A DNA stretch of 64,000 nt, from contig OZ024742.1 of the NCBI GenBank assembly GCA_964016885.1, positions 219,418,001 through 219,482,000 on the forward strand, written 5' to 3'. The position numbers were made by a program, and so were the translations under genes. The stretch's first letter is position 1. Every line of letters begins with the position of its first letter. This DNA comes from Eledone cirrhosa. Taxonomy: Eukaryota. Below, piece after piece: positions 50,750 to 64,000 of this stretch. A model generated the notes under the pieces. The model was not told the DNA's origin. It worked only from the letters and a program-made list of their open reading frames with translations, and did no database searches.

Positions 50750-51645
50750 AAAAAAGGTTTTGCCCTCAAAATGAAGGGCAGATTGTATGATGCATGTATA
50801 CAAAAAGCAATGTTACATGGTAGTGAGACCTGGGCACTGTGTGTAGAGGTTGTATGCAGATTGAAAAGAAATGAAGCCTGCATGCTCTGATACAAAGCGC
50901 AAATGAACTGAGAGAGAAACTGGGAATAAGAGAGATCAGATGCCGTGTGCAAGAAAGGAGATTGTGTTGGTATGGCCATGTGATACACATGAAGGATGAG
51001 AGCTGTATAAAAAGTTACAGGATTGTCAAAGTTGATGGAAGCTATGGAGTAGGAAGAGCTGGAATGAGGTGATAAAAGCTGATCTTGCACCTCTCAAAGG
51101 CGACGTCACAGGATCAAGATCTTTGGTGTTATGCAGTTATACAGAAGATCCACCTTCCCATGTGCAGAGGTTGAAGCATACATCTAGTATGCACCACTTA
51201 ACCCCTACCCTCCCTCTTCCCTTCCACACCGTAAAACTCCAACCACATCCTAATTCCCACACCTTTACACCTCCCACCCCAGTTCACACTGTAAAGCGGT
51301 CATTTTGGTGCCACAACAAAAAGCACCCAGCCCACACTGTAAAGGGGGGGGGGGGGTCATTATAATGACAAAAAGCACCCACTCAACACTGTCAAGTGGC
51401 CATTATGGTATCGCGATAAAAGACACCCAGTCAACACTGTAAACTGATTGTGTAGATATCACCACAAACACACAGCACACACTGGGAATGTGGTTGGCAT
51501 TAGAAATGGCATCTAATCGAAGAAGCCAAGTCAGAAACAGTTTTGTATGATCAAGACATGATCACCTGACCCGACTTGCCTCAAATGGGATAACTTGTCT
51601 AACCCATGCTAGCATAAAAAATAAATATGAAACAATGATGATGAT
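50750..51645 (+). mobile_element. Degenerate RTE LINE 3' fragment with 3' UTR
   Basis: KGFALKMKGRLYDACIQKAMLHGSETWAL remnant, repeated 'cacccagc-cacactgtaaa' UTR units, CCCATGCTAGCAT stem and (GAT)n tail followed by TA repeats. Confidence 0.85.
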
Positions 51646-51667
51646 ATATAAATAAATAAATAAATAA

Positions 51668-51698
<31 letters not shown>

Positions 51699-52139
51699 TT
51701 TACATTCTGTACAATCCAGCTGTCTACTATGTGTAGCCCTTTCAAGTAGGTGAAGATGAGATGGTGGGGAAACAACTTTCAAAACATATGCTGCCCTAGT
51801 CTGTTTTCATAACTCCTTGATATCACTATTTGCCATCATATCTGTAACTAACCTACTTAATAGACTGAAATAACTACATCCCAAATTAACCAATCATTTC
51901 ATCTTGTTGGCTTGAACAAATGGTTGGTTAATTTGTCATGTATCCATTTAAGCCAACAAACTAACGCCTATGCAATTGCTCAATATACTGGAAATAGCCA
52001 AATCTTCCTCAAACCACACCCACTACCTTCAAAAAGGAAAGGCGTATTCGATCATGTAGTTCTAGACAAGATGGTCATGGCTAGATTGCACATGATCATA
52101 GCTCTATTTGGTCAAAGTTGTCCTTGAGGTACTCAATCC

Positions 52140-52480
52140 ATTCCCTTCCATAGATTTGTGAAATCAAAGATTTCCAAAGGACAATTAACATCCCATCTTC
52201 CTCCATAGATCTGCTTGATCAAAGCTGTCCCAAGGGTAATCAATGCCACCTTCTCCCTCCATAGAACTACTTGATCAAAGTTTCCCTTGTAATATTCAAC
52301 ACTCCCCTCTCTCCCCTCCACATATATGCCCCCTCTCAATAGATATGTCAGATCAAAGTTGTATAGGCAGTAATCAACACTGCCCCCACTTAATAAATCT
52401 GCAATGGTTGGATAACCAATACCCTGGCTCTCTCCATAGGTCTCTTAGATAAAAATTGTCCACAGGGTAATCTACACCAC
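52140..52480. repeat. Degenerate ~60-bp tandem repeat
   Basis: ctccatagat...gatcaaagtt...gtaatcaa units recur 5-6 times. Confidence 0.65.
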
Positions 52481-53610
52481 TCTCAATCATTTCTCAATGG
52501 TCAGACTTTACTAGAGATCTTCCTCAACAGAGATATAAACAAACACCAGAGAGGAGAGTAGGTGTAAAGTATTTTCTCAAAACTATTTGAGTCCAACCCT
52601 TGCTAGCCAGGGAAAGTGGATGTTAAAATGATGATTTAACTTATATATAATCAGTTTGTACGAGAGGTTTGTTTAGATTTTGTCATTTTTAGCCTTGTCT
52701 CATGTCATGTACTAATTAAGAAAGTTTTCTCTATCTTGAAAAGTTATTCTAAACAACATTAACTCCAGTCATAACATTCATACAGATAAGAAACATGAGA
52801 TACTGATTTAATAGTTAGATGTAAAAGAGGATATAAGGGGGTGGAGGGGTAAACCTCCAGGTCAGTAATGATACAAACTTTGAGGAGGAAGGAAGTTGAT
52901 CGACAAGAGACTAGACTTTATTCCCTTATTCAGTTGGGTGGACCTCATCAAATCGGACCAAGGAAACACTGTTTCTATTGGTCTTTCCATTGCTAACACT
53001 ATATACTGGTTGCAAATCCTGGCAGAAAGAGCAATGTGAAATAAAGTGTCTTGTTCAAGAACATAACGCATCACCTGTTCTGAGAATCAAACTCAGAACC
53101 TCACAATTGTGAATCCTATTCTCTAACCACTCAGCCACGTACGTGCCTTCAGACCTAGACCCAAAGATATGCTAGCTGTGATCAACCAGTTTTATTTAAA
53201 TTTAGTGAGTGTATCTAGGACTATATTGTTTAAGAAGCCATTTTAAAAATGCTAGGGTGTAATGAGAGGGTTTTTGTTTTCTTTTGCTATTTCTAACAGG
53301 TCAAGCAGCCATATTGTAGCTTCCTCGTGGGTTCAAGGAGGAGAGGGGATGTTGAGATCGATGGCATTGATAAAGTATATTACAGGTTAACATTTCAGTC
53401 CTCCAGAATTGATAAACTGAAATGTCAACTTGGTAGAAATTGAACCGAATGCAGCAACCTGTAAACATTAAACATTGAGATACTTGATCTGGCAATCTAT
53501 ACTAATACTTTGAACTCATTGAGAACTCCAATTTAGAGACCCAAGTCTTGAGAATCTGGATAAACCAGCTTGGCAAAGCCCTCTCTCCTATTATCACAGG
53601 AAATGAACAA

Positions 53611-53649
<39 letters not shown>

Positions 53650-56304
53650 AAGTGCCTCAAACTCAGAGGTTCATTAGGCTGGTGCCTATCCTCGTTTCCG
53701 CAATGGAGAGTATAAGACTCTCCCACTAGGCAGGATACCATTCAACCAATCTATTAGAAATAGACCGATTGGGTGGATTGATGGTGAAAGGCTTTAATCA
53801 TGGGCAACATGGCCAGTAACAGGTTCACCATATATAAGCTGGCTCCTAAGTTTATCAACCTCCTTGTGTTGGACCCAGGAAACTGATCACCGACTTCTGA
53901 TCCCAGTCAAACAAATGACAACTTGAGTTCGACTCATATTCAAGGAGAATCTATAAATTTACTGGCTGGTTTTCTGTTATTCTATCCTTATAATATTTCA
54001 CAGGGATGGGGGCAATGCAGTTTGGAGTAGAGGTAAACTCGAATAAATATAATCTCTAGAATCCAAGAAGTTTGATGATGATGATGATGATGATCAGTGC
54101 TGCCAGCAAGATTTCAGATATGTTATAGAGAGGAACTGATATGTATATACTTAGCAAGACATATGGCTAGACAATCAGTTGTAGGTGGCCTAGAAAGCAG
54201 GAAGGGTTACAATATAAGTTGAAGTACCTATTAACCTACTCCAATTAAAGAGAATTTTGCATTGTCATTTGTATATATAAATGTTCAATGTCACTATTAC
54301 ATCTGTTAGAATGAAATATTTGCTTAAAAAGTTTTTTAAAAAATCACTTCACTAAATAGCAGCTTATCCTATTTTTCTCAGTATAAGTGAGGAGAATTCA
54401 TACTTTTTAATACCAAGTTCAGAGATGCTGATAAAATTCTCAACTAAACAAAGTAAACCATTTCTTTCCCCCAAGAGAGATAAAATAGATCAACTAAAAA
54501 AGTGGGGTGGGAGAGGCAAGTCAAGTGCAGTGTATCAACCTGATGTTTTGAAAGTATTTTAGTGATCTACAGACTGAATTTTAAAATATGCTAAAAAGAA
54601 CAGCAAAAAACCAAGAAGTATATTTTGAAAAACTTGTTTTCTCCATCTGGTAGCAAACTAACATAAAAGTGAACTAATAGTAACACTCCATTTCTCCAGT
54701 CACAGATGAATGAAGATAGGTAATTTGTAAGAATAATATTAATTATTTCACATTAACTCTTTTGATATCTATCTGGTTCTATGAAACAAAGCCACCCATT
54801 TTGAAGGGTTCCTATTTAAACAACATAAATTGGTACAAGAAGCTTCTGTGTTACATATGTCATCTTAACTAAATTTTGGTAAATCCATTCAAGTTCTATT
54901 TTAATTCAAATGCAATGTATTTCAATAGAAATATAATACTGAAAGGACTAATATGATCAAACCATAGACTGTGTATAGTCAAAATTAATAAGTACCAGTA
55001 ATTCACTGTAATTACTATTAGTTATTAATCATGGTAAGATTAAAATTCTGAATGTTCAAGGCATAACAGTTCTACACCATTAGTTAGCTACACCATTAAC
55101 TTTATGGCAATTATGATTCCTAAGACAAGGCAGCACATTTTGTACAGGAGGGAGGTTATAGTCAATTCAATCAACTGCTAGAGTTAACTGGTACTTATGT
55201 TGTCAAACTCCAGGAGGATGAAAGGTACAAATCAACACTGAAAGGGTTTGAAATAAGAATAGAGGAATTATATTAAATACTTCAAGGGATCTGTATCCAC
55301 ACATTTTAGTTTCATCATTGTTATGTGTGCTATTTTAGCCAACTGGCTATTTAATCCTTTTTATTATATTTCTAATGAAAAATACTGCCTATGTTTTCAT
55401 ACAATTTTTAAAATAGATGTAAAATAACTTCCTGATTATTAACCCAGTATTTGGAACATGTTTAACAAATGTTCTTATATAAAATTATCAAAATGTTTTT
55501 TAGATAAATATAAACATTTAAAAACAAACATTGTTTCATAGGACCAGGGGGAGTTTTAGGCAATTTGGTTGCAAAAGGTTTAAAGCTATGTAAAATGTTT
55601 ATCTCAAATTTTCTGTTAGCCATCACTATATCTCTCTTTTCATTCTCACTTGCAAGTCATTATCTTCCACTTTCACATTGCCTAACCAGAATCATTTCTA
55701 CCAGTTCAAAAACTGGTTATTTATTTATTGCTGACCCATTCATTATCCACTGGTAAAACTTTTGTCTTCACAAAAACTGACATACGTATGTACATTTTCT
55801 ATGTACATATGTATGTCAGTGTTTTATACAATATATAATTTTATACAATATATTATTTAATTGGCTTTGCAAAACATAATATTCTTAAACGTGCACGTGC
55901 CTGCGTGCATATATATGGATGAATCGACAAGATCCCGGACCTCAACCGCTTACAGAGTGGGGTGGAACTCGTAAAAAAAAAATCAGACCAAGGAAACAAT
56001 GTTTCCATTGATCTTTCCATTGCTGATACTTTCTACCAGTTGCAACTCCTGGCAGATAAACATCCTTACAAATACATATGTACCTTGATTTGATTGATGT
56101 TGTAAATTACAATACGTTTCATTTACTAAATCTGAATTCTGACCTATTTTAACCTATATCCACAAACCATGTGCTGTATAATTTGTTACAACCAGATCCT
56201 AAAGTGCTTATTTTTCCAGTTGGTATGCAGGAAATAAAAAACTATATATAATACATCATTGTTATCCCTATGAACAATTTCTTTAATTTCCTTTTCTTCT
56301 TCAT

Positions 56305-56580
56305 CCACTTATTCCTGGGAGGGTCATTGGAGCAGAGTCCTCAAACACTCTTTCCAGTGGATCCCGTCAGGAGTAACCATCTCCTATTGATCAGGTTGGA
56401 TCCCCAAGCGAGACCAGCATGCTCAGGGTCTACCTCCGAGTTTCCTACTGGATGGTTTAACCCATACGATCTGTTCAATTCTTTTCTGAGATATTCTAAC
56501 CACATGTCCGTAGAGCTGAGATCTCTCAATTTGGAGAAGTAGTAGCTTTACTTGGAGCAACTCTATGATCTCAAAGCTAG
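56305..56580 (-). mobile_element. 3' end of a third RTE-like family
   Basis: Minus strand has LQIERSQL..GHVVR-like sequence. The block caggttggatccccaagcgagaccag recurs at 1-60, ~7620-7790 and, inverted, at ~60180-60350. Confidence 0.6.
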
Positions 56581-57230
56581 GTACTATTATGTAATGTTAC
56601 TGATAGTCTAAATAACAACAAAAGCATTAAAGAATTAATGAAAAACACTGCCTATGATTTTTAAACAATTTTGAAAATATTTAAGAATTTGTATGGATTT
56701 AGTAGTATAACTAACTTTTTCATTATTAAGCTGCTGTTTAAGATACAAAATTATGATGGAAGGTTTTAAAATGTATAAACATTTTAAAACAAATAACTAT
56801 ATCATAGGGATAGTCACCATTGGTATATTATCAGAAGATAAGAATTCATGAAAAAGCAATATATTAACTCTTAACACCCTGTAATCATTCAGCAGAAAAT
56901 ATCTAAAAATGAGTTTGTTAATTCAAATTTTTGCTGCAAATTCCCACTGGTAAATATACTACAAACTAAAATAAAGACAAATTGTTTCATGTGATGCAAT
57001 CATAGTCCTGCTTAAGACTTTTCAAGGATGTTTTGCTAATGTAGCTTCATGCAGTACAGGATATTAAGAGTTAAAGTGTTTTGTTTTGTTTTTCAAAAAT
57101 ACTATTTGTAAGAATTGCCACATCTTCAGGGGATTGGTGGTATTTCAATTAGTCATCTCAGCTATAAAAATGTTGAACTAGCCTCATCCTGTCTAAACTT
57201 CTATGAATCAACACCAATTTGAAGTTTATC

Positions 57231-57267
<37 letters not shown>

Positions 57268-57434
57268 TTATTCCCAACAGTTTAAATAAATCAGGTTAAT
57301 CACATTTTAATCAACATTCTATAAACTTTATAAAAATAAAATGGTCAACTGAAGGAATGCCTAACATTCCAAAGGCCATGCACTGTTTCTGGCTTTGTGT
57401 AGCACAACTCCCAGAACCATCACACTTGATACTT

Positions 57435-57882
57435 CTATGAGTTGTGAGCAACAAGGGAGATGTTATGCCCCCTCACTTCTGTTCTCAGGGCTTAAGGGTC
57501 AAAGCTGCTGACTATAAGGAGATGTCAGAGAGGGTGCGAGGCCTTGGATAGAGAGCTTGAACAAAGACTGCATGAATACCTACCAACAAGACTTATAAGG
57601 CCAAGACAACCCAAGAATGGACAAAGTTACAATCTCCATGATCACATCAGCCCAAACATATGGCCTCCTAGCTCTCCAGACCTGAATCCACTAGAATACT
57701 ATGTATAAGGCATAATCAAGAGGAAAATCAATCAACACTCCCATAACACTATAAAAGCTCTAAAGTCCACCATAACAGGTACAATGTCCAAAATAGATAA
57801 AAATCATCTGATTCGGACATTTCAACATTTCAGACCTCGTAGTAAAACTGATATCAATGCTAACAGCGGATTCATCAAATAG
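57435..57882 (+). mobile_element. Tc1/mariner superfamily (maT/DD37D-like) transposase relic
   Basis: VVSNKGDVMPPHFCSQGLRVKAADY, YQQD, KAKTTQEW and WPPSSPDLNPLEYYV* (57661-57708), ending ...NANSGFIK*; frameshifts and stops. Confidence 0.85.
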
Positions 57883-60800
57883 ATGTATCAAGAAAAGTTT
57901 CAAGATTATTCATGCCAAATCTTTCTTAAATTAAGCTCTTCTTTCATGAGTTATGCATCTTTTACTAAATTTATACAAATGTCCACAAAGAACTGAGAAA
58001 CCTTAAGTGTAGTTGGCACAAATAATCCTGCATGAGATACTGTTTCATTATTCAGTTTCTTCCTTCAATGCTAAGAGTTCAAACCTTAGAGTTAACTTTA
58101 CCTTTCATTCTTCTGAACTAAAAAACTAAAAAAAGTACCAGTAATATATTGGTGGTCCATGTAACAGTTGAACAGAAAGCTATATATTCCCCCATCACAC
58201 CTCAAATAATTGCTATTCAGATAGAATATCATAATCATAATCATCATTTAACGTCAATTTCTCAATGCTAGCATGGGTTAGATGGGTTGTCCCGTTTGAG
58301 ACAGGTTGGGTCAAGTGACAGTTTCTTGTTCACACAGAACTATTTCTAGCTTGGTTTCTAAAGCTGGATGCCCTTCCTAACACCAACCACATTTACAGTG
58401 TGGGCTGGGTGATTTTTGTCGTACCACCTACACGACCACTTTACAGTGTGGGCTGAGATTTATTCTTTAGCCTTTCAATCACCATATTTCTGAGACTGTA
58501 TCTGAATTAATCAATGAAGAATTTGAAGGAGTTGGAAAATTTTCTTTTCTTTTTTCTTTTAGAGAAAAGATCATGTTCCCTTATCACATCTTACTGCATC
58601 AGATGTAGCCAATGTTTGTTAATTTCTCTTTGCAGAGTTTGGTAGGCCTAGAAATTATGCATTTTAGTGTGTGACTACATGAAAAACCACATTCACAACA
58701 TTTACAATACCCCAAAGCACTACTACAACACCAAGAAAATACTATCTCTCCCATTCAGCCCAGGCAAACAAAAACTTACAGAGACACATATACAATATCA
58801 GTAGCCTCACTGGACCCAAACACTGCTGGAATGTACAATAAATAGACAGCAGTAGCAATTATGTGCTTTAACCAAGTCCTCTTTTGCTATGACATCAGAA
58901 TGTACATGCATATAAAAATAGACTGGATAGTGGAAAGAGTGCAATATGCCCACAGACTGTCACAGTGCACCAATATGATTCATCACTGTCAGAATGTGCA
59001 GTATGGTTCTCTGTTAGACAAAGATGGTTTCACTAGGAAGATCTGCATGGATAACAACTTGTCATTCAGCTGACTACTTGAGTACCACAGGACTGATGTT
59101 TTAGGGCTGACTTGGGGGATGAACAACTTCCATACAGTAGAGAAGACTCTTCAGTCATGTCAAAGATACAACAACCTCTAATGCTGTTTATACAATAAAA
59201 TGCACCCAGTACACTCTAAAATGGTTAGTGTCAAGGAGGGCAATCAACTATAAAAAAACCCTGCCAAAAAATGAAATGAATCAGACATGGTCTCTTAACC
59301 TTTCTAGGAAGATAATACCTCCAATTAAATACTAACCTGGTTTGAATGACCCATCCAACACATGTCATGGGAAAATGGACATAAAATGATTATGATGATA
59401 ATATATAATGATATTTATTGTTATTGTTCCCAGAGGAATGAAAAACAAGAGACTCAAATTAATTAAATATTGTAAAACATTTATTCTGACATTCTGCTAA
59501 CTGGACACTATAAACAGCAGAGGAACCAGATTAAATGTCTAACTAACCTTAAGTTCCATCCTGCTAGAGTTAACAATTCAAATGCCCATGGCTGTTAACT
59601 GTTTTTCATCTCTCTTGTGTCAATAAAATAAGTAAATGTTTTGTATAGCTTCATGTCATCTTTGATCTAGTATGCATATGATCAAAAGCATTCCAGCCAT
59701 GACCAATTCTTTTTAGAGGTTCCTTTATTGGCTTCCAGCAGATTTATGATAAAAAGGATTCTATCCATGTCTATCATATCATTCTAGAGTATTTTGTACT
59801 AAGATGGCATTATTGAAATGTGAATTTAGCAGACCTATGATAAAAAGAATTTCTACCATCAGCATCATGTTTTTTAATGAGTATTGTGTTTCACAAACTA
59901 TCCAAATATGTACTTTTGCAAGAAGGGTCTTATTTAGCTATTTCTTGCCTTATTAAATAGCAAGCTGATTAGCCCCAAGTTAACCCTGATCTAACAGGCC
60001 TATGATCAAAAGCATTCTTTTTAAAGCTATATGTATCTATGATTACATTAAATAAGGAAAGGACTACATTAGATAAGACAGTAGGTTGTGATATGAGGAG
60101 GATTTGACTCCTAACTCTGGTTTGATTTTGGTAATTAATAATTGCTGAACAGATTTTACATTCAAAACCAACCGTCAAGAGACCCAGGGGTAGACTCTGA
60201 GCAAGATGGTTGGGTTACATTCATGAGCTTGGCTGGTCACACTTGGGGATCCAGCCAGGTCAGTTAGAGACAGTTGCTTCTGTCAGAACTCACTGGAAAG
60301 AGTGGTTGAGGACTGCCTCCACAACCCTCCCAGGAAAAACTGGGCGAAGAAGAATATTCTGCAGTAGATTCAATTAACACTTGTAGCCATGTACCAATAT
60401 GAGAAATCATTAAAAATTCTAATTTCAAGAATTCATTTTTCTTCAAACTCAATCAAGTATTATGACAGATGACTTTATAAACAATTTTCTTTACATAGCT
60501 TCATTATAGAAGAATCTTTAAATACAACTCATGTGTGTCTATAATTGAATTAATATTTTTTTAGGGGGGGTGGGGTATTTTTTCTTTAAAATAGTATTCT
60601 GAGGATGAACTAAAATCTGATACAGCTGTTGGCTAATTCCATACAGCAGATGGTTAGCATTGTAGTAACTCCCCCCCACCCAAAAATATATATATATATA
60701 ACAAAAATTTAGAAAATAGGTTACTGATGACATCATTGTGTATTTTCTATCCAGGATGAAGCAATAATCTTTATTTCCTTCTAAATAAAATTTAGTTCGT

Positions 60801-60999
60801 TTAAATAATGACTGACAGAAGCTACAAAGTTCATTATATCACACACATATACATACACATATGTAATGAAAGATTGAGTACAGACAAACAGCTGGGTATT
60901 TAAAGACATCACTGCATGCGTGTATGCATGTATGTGCAGGAGAGATGATTGCATTGGTATGTGAACATGTGATGTGACTAGACAATTGAGAGTTACATA

Positions 61000-62090
61000 C
61001 TGCCTGTGGAAGGCCTGAGCAGACTGAACCTGATCAATGCCCACTTGGCACTCTTTCTGTTAAGGAACTGTTTCATCATGTTGAAGCTCGTATACACCTT
61101 CCGCAGTGCTTCTATAGTCAAACGTCTCTTCTCCCAAATCTTGACACCAGCATCCAGTTTAATGACACCGGATGGCAACAGAGCCACATTACCCATCAGA
61201 TACAGTGACTTTGGTCTTCCGTCTCCAGTATCACTGGTCCTGCTGGCTTTTCTTTCATCAGTGACCTCTTGCCATATCCTCATTGACAGGGTTTTCTACA
61301 ACAACTGCACCTATTGTGATTGGGGAATGTGAGGCAGCCTATCCGACATGGAACCAGCTTGGCCTCTGTCATGCAGACATCCATCCCCCCTTTCCGCAAA
61401 TCAAATAGGATGCCATCCAATGCAACATGACCTCTGACTGGCTGGTGCGCCAGCTCAACTAGCAGCATCTGGCATGTTTTCACTTGGCTTCCTAACCCCA
61501 CAGCAGTGTCTGGCTCAATGCAGAGCCATCACTTGCAATTGGCAGTCAGCTGGCCAGCAACTTTTAGTCCACCCACTGTCATACTGTTATACTTCTGGCA
61601 ACCTCCCATGTCATCCTGTTTTCAATGAAATTATAAAGCATGGCCTAGACGGCATAATCTTCCCTTCCCAGCTCAAAATAATGAGGTTGGATCAAGGGAA
61701 TGGCAAAAGGGCAGATGGCATGAAAATCATGTTTTACGCGGGTAAGCCCTTCATCTGGGATGCCACATGTTGCGATAACTCTACTGGCAACCTGGTACAT
61801 TCGGCTACCATCCCAGGCTTTGCTGTCCACCAGGCTAAAGAGGGCTAACTGTCAAAGTATCAGCTGCTCTGATAGGTTTGTGGCTGAGCCTGTGGCAGTG
61901 GAGACTTCTGTCCTTGGCCCCTGAACCACATCCCTGTTCATTGCTATCAGAGTGGAGTTGGTTAATTGCAAGTGCAAGCCCTACAAGATTGAAAGGCTGT
62001 TTCAGCGTGTCCCCCACATCATCCTCGGGGCAACATCTCCATCCTGTTGGCTGAGAACCCGAGGTGGACTGACCCCTAAGTTTCATTTAT
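61000..62090 (+). mobile_element. CRE-like non-LTR retrotransposon, degenerate 3' fragment with RLE domain
   Basis: ATLPIRYSDFGLPSP...AFLSSV, then HPVFNEIIKHGL...GNGKRADG...GKPFIWDATCCD, KYQLL..PVAVET. These match the LPxRxGGLG, RHxxxN, DGKRPDG, WDAT and PVAVET motifs of CRE-type RLE elements; frameshifted. Confidence 0.75.
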
Positions 62091-64000
62091 GGTGGTGGCA
62101 TGTGGAATAGATTTATTTCCAGAAGCATGAGTAAGTTTAAGATAGGATACTACCCTTTTAAACATTTTTTTTTTTTACTATTTGATTAAATATTTAGTCA
62201 TATTCTTATTTCTGCCAGATCCCAATACAACAGGATCTAGAAAACAGGTTATGGTTATACGTCAGACCAACCCGACAGAGGGAAGATAAAAACAGATGTT
62301 AAAATAACAGTGATGATTGTTTTCCAAATTAATTGTAAATCTAATATAAATTATCAAGCTGTACGACTTTAATTATACCTTTATCAAACAAAAGTCTGAT
62401 ATTTGCTTTAATTGTTTAGCCTAAAAATGTTGACATTTGAAAATTGAAAGAAAAAAGAATGCAACCATTCGATTCAAAGATCATATAAATAAATGTTATG
62501 GCTCTAACCTGTGTCAAATTAGGTGACTGTGATGAGCTCACATCAGACATTCTGGGTGTTTTAATGATAAGGGTCCCAATCTTATGTCATCATATTCCTG
62601 ATAAAATGAGACAACAGCCAGATTTAAACTCAGGCTGCAAGGGTGGGAATAGATACTGCAAAGCATTACATCCAGCACTAACAATTCTGCCAATTCACCT
62701 CCCAAGATTAGTACTTCATTGACCCAGATTATATGACAGAGCTATAGAGACTGCAAAATGTTGGAACAAATCTATTAATATTTAATAAACATTACAAAAA
62801 CGAGTTATAAGACAATGAAGTAGAAACCAATTTACTGCCTTTATATGAATAAACTTCATTAAAATTACATTTTATGATATAGGCATCAATTTGAGACAAA
62901 AAGACCAAGGCCTACTGATGGGGCTCAAACTACATAATTTTATGTCAGCTGGCCACATCTCTTGTCTCAGAGACAACAGATGGACTATTAGAGTGACAAA
63001 GTGAACACCAAGTCAGTGGGAAAGAACCAGAGGGCAGTCAAAGGCAAGATGGCACAACAATCTAATCCAATACCTTGGCCCCACATAGCCCAATAATGGC
63101 CAGAGACAGCAAGCAGTGGAGGTCAATCAGGGAGGGGTTTTTCCAACATGAGTGAGAAGGCCCTGGATTTTGGATTAGTTAACCACATTACAGATAACAC
63201 ATCTCTAATTAGATACTATAATTAGTTTCTGATATTTTAACAGTACTATTTTGTTTCTCCATTCTCTCTCAAATACCTATTTCATTTGTTTATTCTCTCT
63301 CAAATTGTTGTTTTCCAATACCATTTAATTCCAACATATTTTATTACTTATGCTTGTGCCAGTTGAATAAACTGGAAACCCCTGCCTGGTTCAGTATTTA
63401 TTAGTAGTCAAACAGAACTACAAGCAAGCAGTAATTAGTAGAACTGTCTTAAACTAATTAGTTTCATTCTTCAGCAGTCAAAGAGAAAATCATGTAATCT
63501 TTAACATTGATGACTATAAAAATAATTACTAAAGTCTTAATCTCTCCTGTATAAAATATTGAATAATTAATTAAGAAGGTTATTTAACATACATGAAAGA
63601 TTCATTTGAATCTTTAATTTTTTTAATTATTCAAACCAATAGATAAACATTTTTTTAATTAAAATTATCAATACCTTTAATACTGAAATTATTATTAAAC
63701 ACATTAGCATTTCATTAAACCAATGTTGATAGAAATAATCCAGTAAATATTTTTTTTAATACATTACTGAAGTTAATTATTGAATGGTGTCATATGCATG
63801 AAAAATAAGTCATAGTTAACATTAAAATACATGTTTATTGTATTAAGTATGTTAATTCTAACTTAAGAAAATATTTAGATTGATCAGAGGAGCTGGAAAA
63901 CTGTAGAAAACAATTGTATACTGTCTGTATTATTTAGTCCCATCTAATGCAGCCGCAATCTATACAACTGACTAAAATAACAAGCAACTTTACAGGAGAA

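Overview
AT-rich, repeat-dense animal genomic DNA. The SINE and RTE repertoire suggests a cephalopod such as Octopus; this is inference, not a database result. The only host gene I can support is a minus-strand kinesin-4 (KIF21A/B-like) gene. Three phase-compatible motor-domain exons are visible (41036-41215, 29933-29975, 13592-13774; 406 coding nt in total), two of them missed by the ORF track. They are separated by 11-16 kb introns, so the whole window probably lies inside this gene. The introns hold three young 5'-truncated copies of an RTE-clade LINE whose ORF carries a C4HC3 PHD-type finger right after the RT domain, and a tRNA-headed SINE that has acquired this LINE's 3' tail. They also hold relics of other RTE families, an R4/Dong LINE, a CRE-like LINE and a maT/DD37D transposase, plus mini- and microsatellites and large inverted repeats. 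The most striking element is a ~357 bp palindrome at 24073-24429, embedded in (TA)n, that encodes a complete type I hammerhead ribozyme on each strand (Penelope-like pseudo-LTR architecture). All calls were made by eye, and repeat boundaries are approximate.
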